Below, piece by piece: positions 54,501-64,000 of a stretch of DNA of 64,000 nt. Positions within the stretch are counted from its first letter, which is position 1. Each line of letters begins with the position of its first letter. Location of the stretch: assembly GCA_024704765.1 (NCBI GenBank), contig JAKMXF010000111.1:574619-638618 (forward strand), given 5' to 3'. Under the pieces are notes generated by a model. The model was given only the letters and a program-made list of their open reading frames with translations, was not told the DNA's origin and made no database searches. This stretch comes from Oopsacas minuta (taxonomy: Eukaryota; Animalia; Porifera). The translations under genes and the position numbers were made by a program.

Positions 54501-57500
54501 CGCAATGGGATTCACTCCAATTGTATATAAACTAACAATGAACACAGCCAGTCCAATTATTGTAGCGAAGTGTAGCCATTTAGTGTAGAATCCTGTTGAA
54601 AGAAGCAGACTATCTTTATGCTAGTTTCTATACAATTCCATACTTACCTAGCCATGCAAAATAGAAGGCTATCTTCTCTCCAAAGTAGTGTCTATGAATA
54701 GAGACTATGAAATACCATATTAAGTACAACGGGCGTTCAATAAGTAGTCGTTATCACATTGTAATTCTAAATTTTTCTAACATAATTGTGTATTCAGTGA
54801 TGGAGTTTCTCATAGGATTCCCCTCCGTGCTGTAAAACCAATTTCAGCCTTTTTATCCAATCGAAAAATACTTTTTTGTAGTCTTCGGTTTGTACACCTT
54901 TCATATACTGGAAAATCGCCGATCCTATCTGAGCTCGACTCTCGAATTTCCTGTCTGATAGATGTTTCTTTAGCTTTGGAAACAACCAAAAGTCACAGGG
55001 AGCTAGATCTGACGAGCAGGGAGGGTGATCTAGCTTCACAATCTTCATAGCTTCTAACTTTTCTTTAACCAGCTTTGTCTTGTGCGGTCGGGCGTTATCA
55101 TGCAATATTCGCAATCCACGAGTTCCAGTCCTTGGCCGTCGATTTTGGTAGAATTTTTCAACCTCTGTTAGACACTCATTGGTGTAGAAGGAGCCCGTTA
55201 TTGTTTGGTATTTGGGGACACGAATCTGGCACACTGGACCATTAGAATCAAAAAATATACAGCACATAACCTTCGGGTCCCGAAAGTCATGTCGAGGGAT
55301 CATTGGTAGGTCCTGTCCTTTTGCCACCCATACTTTGTTTGCTTCTTTTGATAAAGGCTCAGAATAACGTACCCAAGTTTCGTCACCTGTTACTATCTCA
55401 AATAACCTTCTGAGGTCAGCTCGATCAAACTCAGCGAGCAATTTAGTAGCGCATTGGACCCTCTTTGCTTTCTGGGCCTGAGTTAGTAAATGCGGCACCC
55501 ATCGAGCACATATCTTTCGGAATTTCATATTATCATGTACAATAGCTTGAGCAGTTCCCGTTGAGATCCCAACCGCATCAGCTATCTCCACAAGCGTGAT
55601 ATGAGGGTCTTCTTCAAGTAACGCAGATACCTCAAGGATATTTTGTCACTGGCGCTGGAAACTTGTCTCCCTATTCTTGCCCCATCTTCAATGGACACTC
55701 TACCTTCACGAAAGCGTCTAGCCCAATCAACAACAGTGGAATATGGAAGTGCTGTATCCTTATAAACTTTTTCTAAATCTTTGTGGACATCTGTTACTGT
55801 TGGTGAAACTTTGAGCAGTGTTTTGATCTTCACATATGCTCTCTGCTCAATTTTGAAATCTGTACTTTTTGAAGCCATTAAAATGTTACTATAATAATCT
55901 GTCAAAATGTAAATAGGTACAATATTAGAACGAGACATCGGAATCAAAAATGCTTTGCATTATTAAATTCACAATGGATGGATTGTTATTAGAAAATTCA
56001 GTTTGATCTGGGTCGAAATATTCCGACTTACAAAATTTGGAATAACGACTACTTATTGAACGCCCGTAGTAATAATTGTGTGCTATACTACCTAATCTGG
56101 TCAAGAGGTTGAGTTTTGAAAAAGGCGTTGACAGTAGGTGATCCCCAGTTATGGTATAAGAACTGACGCTCACTCATAGCCTGGTTATTCTCTCTTTCCT
56201 CCCTCGTTAACTTGAAGTTCCCCTAAATCAATTTAATAATTATTCTGAAAGATATTACTCGATCTGATGCTTACCTCATGCAATGGAAAAGCGTCAATAT
56301 AGGTCTTATTCCTGAGTAGCCTGTTTATACCCAGCCTTACTTCTTCATTCTCTATATGGTACGGAGTCTTGTTGAGGATATAGTTAACGATGAGAGCTCT
56401 CTGAGCAGGAGAGAAGAAGTTATCGATATCATCATGATTCAGATATCTAAGTTGCAATAGTAGTTAATGTTAGGAAAATTCTCAAATAAATACAGAACTT
56501 ACTTTGTAAGTTTTGACTTGATGAATATTTGAGTGGGTGCTTCTGGTATCTCCAATCTATCAGGAATCTCAGGAACTGTAAAACGGAATATTTTCCTGCA
56601 ACCTAGTCTATCCCAAAGAGTTCTGTTGATTTTCTTGTTATCCCCACTTTCAGTATCCTAAATATATTCAAGATATGAACTTAACTTACCAGAATTGTTA
56701 TAGAGTAATAACCTTGATTGGTGCGTATAAATGAAGCTCTTCTGCAAAGGTACATAGCACATGCCAGGGAGCATGCAGCTTCACAAAGTGAAAAGGATTA
56801 GACTTCTTAGTGGGAGTAGAAGGTATCTCTTCACCTCCAGCCTGTTGCGAAGTTGTACGGGTTCTTAGTCTGTCTATTGATTTGTTTGTCCAGTTTCCAA
56901 TAGTTTTTAAACCTTGACCTGTACTTTCATCTTCCTGAAAAATAAGTATACAGTCAACTCCTGTTTTATGGAAATCTCGTTATATCTGTCTTTAATTGTA
57001 TGAATTTGGTCCCAAACCTTCAAAGTAACATATATTTTATCGGTTTTCGAACTCAGCTTATATTGAAGTATTCTGCTTCGATAACCGGAGTCGACTGTAT
57101 ATTAATAGTCTATAAGTTTGGATCTCAAACACTCACATTACTATCTTGCTGTGCAGTCTCAAGTTTCAAACCGATTTTCTCAAGTTCTTTATGAAAAAAA
57201 TCTCTCTTCTTTGCTCTGTTCTCAAAATCATCACTATGTTTTTCGTCTCGCTTAGCTACATGGTCTTGGTACACCAGTATGTAATCTAAAATCATACAAA
57301 TGTAGCAAATTGTCGTACAAGTTACAAGGAAGTCTTCCAAAACACTCACCTATCCTCCTATGGCCATCTTCAAAGAATTGCGTGTGCTAGAAAGATGGAA
57401 TGGTAAATTAGTCTTAGATTAGTTTTTATATTTTAGCTACTGGCAGCATAATTTCCTAGAAATTTCCTGTAAAACAACACGTGAATGTAGCTTACATGAG

Positions 57501-58340
57501 AGCTAGGTTGATCCACCTCATTATCATTGCAAACATCCATCTCATAAACATCAGAGAATGCCATTACAAGATGCTATCTCTGATAATTTATATATTTACA
57601 GGAATGTATATTATAGTCTAATGCACAGAATAATTATTACTTAGAGCCTACTTCTTCAAAGATCACTTTATTTTGCTTGGCTTTGTACAAGTTGGGTTTC
57701 TTATAGTGAAGAGAGCAACGTAGTTAGTGCTAACCCCTATAATTATTTATTTCTGCAATTGTAATTCGTTCTAACTCGAATTTCAATAATTCGTTAGAAA
57801 TTGCTGTATTTCTAATAGGATGGACAAATGTTATGTGCGATGGCTGTAAGGTTTCGATATTTCAGGATCTCATATACTAATGACTATTTGACTCACCGGA
57901 TGTACTTCTCCAAGCCCCAGAGACACCTTACTCTCTCTCGCATATTCTCTAGCACCTGAAAGTAGAGGTGTATTTTCATGATCTGGAAAGAAATTAATAG
58001 TTGCGATGCGAAAATATATTCCACATTGGTCCGATCGTGAGTTTACGGAAATATTCAAGGATTTATCTAGGAGCAGGCGACGCTCCTTTAGGTACTTAGA
58101 AGTTTAGTCTGATTTAAATTTTATTTTAATATAAATTTCCTCAATTGTCATGCTCGAACGATCATAACTTCAACAAATACTTGTGCTACAAAAATCTTGC
58201 TTACCTGTGTCTATTGTTATTTCTGGTGGCGCCCTTGCTATCTCCTTTTCCGGTTCAAGCATAGGATAAGTCAATTTGTCTTCATTGGAGACACTGAGGT
58301 CACCTAAGATATTGTCGAATCCGAGCTTATGTTCAGTCAT
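51530..58340 (-). CDS. ANO: Anoctamin/TMEM16 (Ca-activated channel/scramblase), many exons
   Basis: Exons give FFSPAQR..IVNYIL, AFPLHE, QPLDQIR|HYFGEKIAFYFAWLG, FLEFWKR, FTVKMYLFQFVN.YSSLFYIAFFKGR, ELTIQL, EYLEL, IQFGFVTIFAAAFPLAP, EIRIDASK, IGPW, FE|HIIF, PDIP..REKYL. Stop at 51530. The start Met at 58340 is less certain. Confidence 0.92.
52518..52631. mobile_element. 114-bp TA-flanked MITE (family B) in an anoctamin intron
   Basis: TA|CAGTGGATGCCGGTTAGAA...TTATAACCGGCATCTAGTG|TA, plus a perfect internal 13-bp inverted repeat TGCCGGTTATAAG / CTTATAACCGGCA. Confidence 0.75.
54727..56069 (-). mobile_element. Mariner (DD34D) DNA transposon, 1343 bp, in an anoctamin intron
   Basis: 28-bp TIRs CAACGGGCGTTCAATAAGTAGTCGTTAT / ATAACGACTACTTATTGAACGCCCGTAG (1 mismatch); TA on both sides. 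Confidence 0.97.
54794..55878 (-). pseudogene. Mariner transposase split by one frameshift
   Basis: HTH EQRAYVK..YSTVVDWARRFREGR, WVPHLLT, VTGDETW, ILHDNARPH, CSSDLAPCDF (34 residues between D2 and D3). Frame change in the T4 run at 55641-55644. Confidence 0.92.
56951..57097. mobile_element. 147-bp pogo/Tigger-like MITE (family A) in an anoctamin intron
   Basis: TA|CAGTCAACTCCTGTTTT...GATAACCGGAGTCGACTG|TA; internal motifs shared with 6814-6980. Confidence 0.8.
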
Positions 58341-58807
58341 TTTCTTCCCTAAACGAATACTCAATCTCCTACTTGTTCATGTTTTATAGTCTCTTCTGTG
58401 CATTTCATCTTATTCACCTATCTGCAATATGCCCTGTAAACTGATCTCAACACTCTCTTTGCCTGATAATAGCAGATCTAGTTTCACTCTGTCCTTTGCA
58501 TTATTTATTAGCTATACATTCACCTCTAGACTAATGAATATGTAGCTAAGTAGCTTAATTAATTATACTGGATTGTCATTTGACTTGAAATTAGGCACTG
58601 CTAAATACTAATTAGGTCCATATTTATGTAGAATAATCCTATATGTAGGCCGCCTATTTGTATAGTGTTGTCCAGGTTTTTTCGGTTGTATTAGGTTCTA
58701 TGGGAGTTTATAGACCGTCTGCATAGTATAAGATAGCTCTAATTTATCATGTCTACATCATAGGTTGTATAGTAGCTATTTATAGATACTAGTGCCTCAG
58801 ATTCTGC

Positions 58808-61204
58808 ATGGCCGATCACTCTCATTATGTAACACAGGCTAAAGGGGGTGGTGCTAATAAAGGAAACATAAGTAGGACAAATCCAAAACAGGGACAACGC
58901 TACCCAAACACTATGTCCAATGGACAGGTGGCTTACAAATCCTCTCATACTGCTGCTCAATACCAACAGCCCTACCAATATCAAACTGGTTACGTCAACT
59001 CTAATTCTGCTCCGTCAAATAATCCTAACCACACCTTCAAATCCTCTCCCAATCCTCCTGCTAACCATGTCAATAATCTCCCGACACATCCGGTAGGGTT
59101 CTCCAAGAGTGCCCCCTCTCCTGATATGGCTCCCGAACAAGTAAACGTGCCACATTCCACAGAGTCTAATCCTGTTGCTACGCAACCTACTAGCTCATCT
59201 GTATCCACTCCAGATGATCAAACCTCTGCAGTCCCTCTTATACCCCAACAACCAACAGCTAATGTGCCTAATAATCTTCCAGAGGATCTTTCTACTCCAA
59301 GTGATAACTTTCATCCTGTCAATAACAAGGCTCCCTCTCCTGCCCCAGACTCCCATGATACAGATCCAGAGCCTCAAGAGAGCTCTCTCTCCCAGGAGTC
59401 CTGTCCTCCACCTGGTGACCATCCCGCTCAGCCAGAGGGTCGTATTGACCAGAATGATCCTCAACAAATAGCTCAGATGCAAGCTATGATGAGTAATATG
59501 TATATGAGTCAGATGCTGATGAATCCTTGGATGGGTATGATGCCTTGGATGCCTTTCTACCCGTATTCTGGTGTTCCACCCTACCTCCATTCTCAGGCTC
59601 AAGCACAGGCTCAGCCCTATCAGGGTCAGTATCATAACCAATTCCCTGTACCACCTCAGGAGAAACAGTCCCCTACTGATCCGCCTCCTAAACCAGACAC
59701 GCCTTCCTCCATTCAGCTACAACAGACCGATAATTATAGCTCAGGACGTGAACCAGACTCTGAACAAATCGGTCAGGAACTGAATGAGTCTGTTCCGGTA
59801 CAAGATTGCTCCTCTGTTACTCTGAGTGATGATCCTCCTCCTGATAGCTGTAGCCCTGAGCCTCTCATCTCTAACACTACACAGAGTTCTAGTCCCTCCA
59901 GCTCCAGACAGCAATCTAAACTCTCTCACTCCTCTCTCAATGATGAACCCCTCAACTACGATACCGGACATACGTACACTGAACAATCCCACGGGTCACA
60001 TCTCCCCTCACAGGCCGATGCAGGTATGGGTCAGCTGGGTGTAGCTGTAGGTAGCACGCTAGCTAACTGCACTAGTTTTGGAAACTGGCCCAATTTCGGT
60101 AGTCCCACCCCTGTACAGCAACTAATGCGACCTAAACAGATCCCTATTGCAGGTGCTGGACCAGGGATTATCAGCTCAGCTGTCCTGCAGGTACAGCAGA
60201 CCAATCAGGTTGGAGCTGGGTTTGGACCATTCTCTCCTGTCGTGCCTCTTGCTAATCCCGCACCAACCACAAGTCAGGCCTTTTCAATCGGATCTACCCC
60301 CGGTGCAGCTCCTCAGACTGCTAATACTGAGCTTCATTCTGTACCTAAATCCACAGCTATATCATCTGAAGCTCCACCTCAACCCTCAGGATTTGACAAT
60401 AACACAACAGCTGAGCCTCGTAATCAGCACGGGATTGTAGAGAAGGAGAGCAGCTCTGAGTCTTATCAGAGTAATGAAGACGATCTGGAGTCTCATGAGC
60501 ATGAACCTTCCTTTGTACAGCTAGAGGTAGGAGGACGATCTTTCCAGGTACACGCTGCTTCCTTTGATAACTTCCCAGACAGTAAGCTGTATAAGATTAT
60601 TCATTACACAGAACCTGCCACACAGAATCTAAGCGGTGCTTATACTTTTGACAGAGACAGTAATATGTTTGAAGTTATTCTCAGTTTTGTGCGGACAGGA
60701 AGACTAGACTTACCCCCGTACTTCAATCTTAAGGCTATAGAGAGAGAAGCTGAGTTCTTTGGTATGAAGGATTACATGTTTGAGCAAGGAAAGCAGATCT
60801 CTCCAGGATCTCTCTTCTCTTTCAAACGTTGTCTAACTCTAGACATGGAGCTACAGCCTGGAAATGATAAACAATTTCAATGCATAGCAGTACTTGATTC
60901 AGTTGATCACCTCACGTTTGAGGAAGTAGTCTGTGAAGGGTTCTGCCATCTCCTGATGGAAGCTGTTGATCTTACTGGTATCTTGATAGGAAGGAAGATT
61001 ATTTACGATAATCAAGACCCTAATGCATGGAAGGGTACACAGCATTCATATGAACAGAAACCAGTCACTGTGTATCTCATCTTAATCCGAAAACCATCAA
61101 GTGCTCAGCCTGCGAACACCACCAGCTGTAAGGCTAATATAAGATACAGCACTGTATTTACATTTGATACTGAATCACATATGCCTGGATACTATAGACG
61201 ATAA
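58808..61204 (+). CDS. KCTD/T1-type BTB protein with a long disordered N-terminus
   Basis: VQLEVGGRSF...FPDSKL...FDRDSNMFEVILSFVRTGRL...IEREAEFFGM, preceded by about 570 P/Q/S-rich residues. Confidence 0.85.
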   Translation: MADHSHYVTQAKGGGANKGNISRTNPKQGQRYPNTMSNGQVAYKSSHTAAQYQQPYQYQTGYVNSNSAPSNNPNHTFKSSPNPPANHVNNLPTHPVGFSKSAPSPDMAPEQVNVPHSTESNPVATQPTSSSVSTPDDQTSAVPLIPQQPTANVPNNLPEDLSTPSDNFHPVNNKAPSPAPDSHDTDPEPQESSLSQESCPPPGDHPAQPEGRIDQNDPQQIAQMQAMMSNMYMSQMLMNPWMGMMPWMPFYPYSGVPPYLHSQAQAQAQPYQGQYHNQFPVPPQEKQSPTDPPPKPDTPSSIQLQQTDNYSSGREPDSEQIGQELNESVPVQDCSSVTLSDDPPPDSCSPEPLISNTTQSSSPSSSRQQSKLSHSSLNDEPLNYDTGHTYTEQSHGSHLPSQADAGMGQLGVAVGSTLANCTSFGNWPNFGSPTPVQQLMRPKQIPIAGAGPGIISSAVLQVQQTNQVGAGFGPFSPVVPLANPAPTTSQAFSIGSTPGAAPQTANTELHSVPKSTAISSEAPPQPSGFDNNTTAEPRNQHGIVEKESSSESYQSNEDDLESHEHEPSFVQLEVGGRSFQVHAASFDNFPDSKLYKIIHYTEPATQNLSGAYTFDRDSNMFEVILSFVRTGRLDLPPYFNLKAIEREAEFFGMKDYMFEQGKQISPGSLFSFKRCLTLDMELQPGNDKQFQCIAVLDSVDHLTFEEVVCEGFCHLLMEAVDLTGILIGRKIIYDNQDPNAWKGTQHSYEQKPVTVYLILIRKPSSAQPANTTSCKANIRYSTVFTFDTESHMPGYYRR

Positions 61205-61609
61205 ATATTTACCTCCAACTATCTCATTTCATAGACTAAACCTGATAACTGATAAGAAGTGTATTAAGCTATTATAGTTTGTAAGTAGTGTGTCTTTAAT
61301 TCAACTTATTTTACCTTGCTATTTTCTCTGTCTCACACAACCACGGCACGCGTATGGACAAAGCTTCACGGCAGGAGAATGCCAACCTAGATAATGAACT
61401 TTTTATTCTGTGTTAATGATTGATGGATTAAACATAGAATAAACTATTATGTCATAATTATGAATAATCCTGTTTTGACAGATCGAATTTATCTCATATT
61501 TTATAAATTAGTGTGTCTCCCACCTGTGAGGTGTTTTATTGTGTTTTACTGATTAATCATATATTCACACCTTCTAGGAGTAGTGAACTTTAGATTCTAT
61601 AAATTAGAA

Positions 61610-61996
61610 ATGATGTATCCTGTCTTACATTCAACTAAAGCTGAATTATTTCAGATTTGACATAAACCCTGGTGGAAGGAATATATACCTTTTGCTAGAA
61701 AGAAATGGATACCATTTGTAGACGGGGTAGTCGACATTCACCTATTTCTTGAGGAGCAATATAATCAATGTAGACTAATAGCATGTGATTCTAATCAGAA
61801 TATAGTATTAACTTGTGATTGGCAGTTCGTGATGAATTTTACTAAAGTTTCAAATATTTCCTGTAAAACAAATGGACGTGAGAAATGTGGGCTGAGTTTC
61901 AGCTCAGAAAATGAGCTCAATCAATTCCTTGAGGAGTTTGAAAAGATTAAAAAGCGGTTTAGGAGGTTCATATATTCACACCGTTACACAAGCTAG
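61610..61996 (+). pseudogene. Homer-like EVH1/WH1 domain ORF with one in-frame TGA (not in the ORF track)
   Basis: MMYPVLHSTKAELFQI*HKPWWKEYIPFARKKWIPF...CRLIA...MNFTKVS...GLSFSSENELNQFLEEFEKIK resembles Homer PIFSTRAHVFQI..KKNWVP..MTFTKTS..GLGFSSEHHL. TGA at 61658-61660. Confidence 0.6.
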
Positions 61997-62181
61997 ATTA
62001 TTTCCTTTATAGTTTAGCTCTAATTTTTGTATTTTCTTATATTTTATTTTTGTGTGTTCTCCACTTATAATATTTCAAAAATTTATAATTATTAATATAC
62101 TTCCATATACGGATACATTATTAGCTGTGGGTGGTCTAGTTAGTTACAAGTGAGTACAGGCAGAATACATTAGTTTGACTG

Positions 62182-63348
62182 ATGGCAGACACACAAACAA
62201 GTAGACCTGAGATTAATGGTAGTGTCCATCTATCCTCACAACCTGAGACAAGCATCATAAGACAAGGTTAGTATTTATAATAATTTCTAGAGAAATTGTT
62301 TTACCCTCTCTTCTTAAAAGTGAGATCCATCCTCTACTGGGAGAACACTTTCACAAGTATCTGCTCTCTCCTGATAACATTAATGATATTACAAACCTTC
62401 AGTTTCTATCCTGGTATACATGCTACTCTGTTAGTACTGTTGGGAAGTTACACAGCATCTCTGCTATTTATTTTATCCTTCATCATATACTGTGTAGTTG
62501 TTGGTAGAGAGCCACACAACCCATTCAAGTGAGCTACAGTTATTTATTAAACGAGCCTTTGGCTCGTCGCTTCGCGATGAACTCCGCGCATTGCGCCTCG
62601 AGGTATTCAACAGACAAACAAACAGACAAACAACAATTGAGATGTAATAACATTGATGTTGTTTACATTATTCAGACTCAGCATACTCGATTACCCCAGT
62701 ATAGTCGTTGAAAGCATGATTCTACCTCAATTTTGAAATTTGTTTACTTTATATTCATAAAAACAACAATAAATTTACATATGATTAATCCAAAAGTGTG
62801 AAAATCGGATTCAGCATTTTCGAAATTTTTAATAAAGTTTTATTGAATTATTATTACTTCCTTGATAAACACGATAAATACATAGTTATGCTACAATTTC
62901 AAAATTGCATACCATAAATCCTTCCTTGACAACACGGACAAACAAACAAACAAACAACAATTGAGATTTAATAATATAGATATTTAAATGGTAATTGTAA
63001 TCTCTATCCCTTTCTTGTAGTGTTTGGCTATCTGACTTTAAAGTAAATACAGGTTGGGTAAGTTCTCTCATTTCTTAACTCAAATAAATACAAATAAATT
63101 CAATAAACTCTTTCAGATTTTGAATCAGCTGGGTATACTATTAGACTTGATATCACCTTATTTTGTATCTTCATTGAGACTGATATTCTTCTTCAATCTC
63201 AAAGATTCCTTAACAGTAAGTTATCTCTGTTAGGTTATACCAGACCCTGGAGAATACATTAATAGTATTATATTATAGGTAATGACACTACTTTGGATTA
63301 TGAGTTATTTTTCATCCTATATCTCTCTGCTAGAAATAACCTACGTAG
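62182..63348 (+). CDS. RTN: Reticulon-domain protein, multi-exon; 3' end unresolved
   Basis: VRSILYWENT...HNPF|N, LRLIFFFNLKDSLT, VMTLLWIMSY. Exons 62182-62266, 62291-62528, 63021-63057, 63117-63215 and 63279-63348 join in frame. Confidence 0.8.
62547..62980 (-). mobile_element. Non-autonomous Helitron-like element in the reticulon intron
   Basis: Minus-strand 5' end A|TCTATATTATTAAATCTCAATTG followed by a (TTTG)n run. 3' GC hairpin ACGAGCC-AAA-GGCTCGT, then TTAA|T (a non-canonical CTRR). No TIR or TSD. Confidence 0.6.
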
Positions 63349-63447
63349 GTTAGTTTATTTATTAAAACTGTGCTCATTAACTCTAATATATTCATTGTTT
63401 AAAGTGCAATTACATAGTTTGATTATACATAGCTCATTAGCACTGTA

Positions 63448-64000
63448 ATGAGAATCAGACTCATAAAGTCTACATTCCAACTATCACTACAGCTTCTAGA
63501 GTCCCGGGTTGGTACTCGTGGTGTTAAGATCTACACTAAGACAGGTGACAAGGGTTTAACAAGTAATTACGTTGGAACTAGAATACCGAAAGATGACGTC
63601 ATTATAGAAGCATTGGGTACTACAGATGAGTTATCGTCTCAGATAGGCTTAATACGTGCCTGGATAGCCAGGATACACTCCAACAATTCAGATCATCAAC
63701 ATCTCCTCAAACTACTAGCTAGTGTACAGTGTCATCTACAGGATATAGGTAGTCATATCGCTACGCCTCCTGACACAAAGCAAGCTGGTACACTGCCTGT
63801 ATTCAAACCAGAGCTTGTGAAAGAGCTGGAATATGAGATAGACGAGATGACGTCACGACTCCCTCCTCTCAAACACTTCATCCTACCAGGTGGTGGAATG
63901 ACAGCTGGGTATCTACATGTAGCTAGGTCTGTGTGCAGGAGATCGGAGAGGAGGGTTGTGCCCTTGATACGAGCGGGAGAACTGTCTGATAGAGTAGGCG
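63448..64000 (+). CDS. MMAB: Cob(I)alamin adenosyltransferase (PduO-type), runs off the window end
   Basis: KIYTKTGDKG, EALGTTDELSSQIG, VQCHLQDIGSHIATP, LPPLKHFILPGGG, HVARSVCRRSERRVV. Confidence 0.95.
   Translation, partial: MRIRLIKSTFQLSLQLLESRVGTRGVKIYTKTGDKGLTSNYVGTRIPKDDVIIEALGTTDELSSQIGLIRAWIARIHSNNSDHQHLLKLLASVQCHLQDIGSHIATPPDTKQAGTLPVFKPELVKELEYEIDEMTSRLPPLKHFILPGGGMTAGYLHVARSVCRRSERRVVPLIRAGELSDRVG

Noticed and set aside
58069-58087. AGGAGC/GCTCCT hairpin next to CTAG (possible Helitron 3' end)
   Set aside because: The stem is only 6 bp, CTAG is followed by A rather than T, and no 5' TC terminus was identified.
61658-62100. Selenocysteine reading of the EVH1 TGA
   Set aside because: The aligned Homer residue is Asp, not Cys, and the downstream sequence is AT-rich with no SECIS-like stem.

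Overview
Gene-dense, AT-rich eukaryotic DNA with animal-type gene content; it is not prokaryotic. It holds about 28 protein genes, mostly on +, many intronless and others with GT-AG introns of about 48-63 nt. The compactness and gene set suggest an early-branching animal such as a glass sponge (inference only). Recognisable genes: atlastin, ADH class III, glutamine synthetase, an F-box protein, CHAF1B, SLC37, NOS1AP, an amidohydrolase, a small HERC, SLC15, PTRHD1, MTG1, CRYZ, a TspanC8 tetraspanin, AASDH, FAM13, RUS1/C16orf58, an anoctamin, a BTB protein, a reticulon and MMAB. Highlights: (1) a 16-kb adhesion-receptor gene joining usherin-like, mucin, TMEM132-like, cohesin, dockerin and FN3 modules, with two antisense genes nested in consecutive introns; (2) long co-oriented gene runs with tiny spacers and a YAG just before most ATGs, suggesting operons resolved by trans-splicing; (3) a tandem pair of CaaX-ended ubiquitin-like proteins; (4) a hidden Homer-like EVH1 ORF with one in-frame TGA; (5) a mariner one base from intact, several MITE families and a Helitron with two 5' ends. 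All homology calls come from motif recognition by eye; no searches were run.
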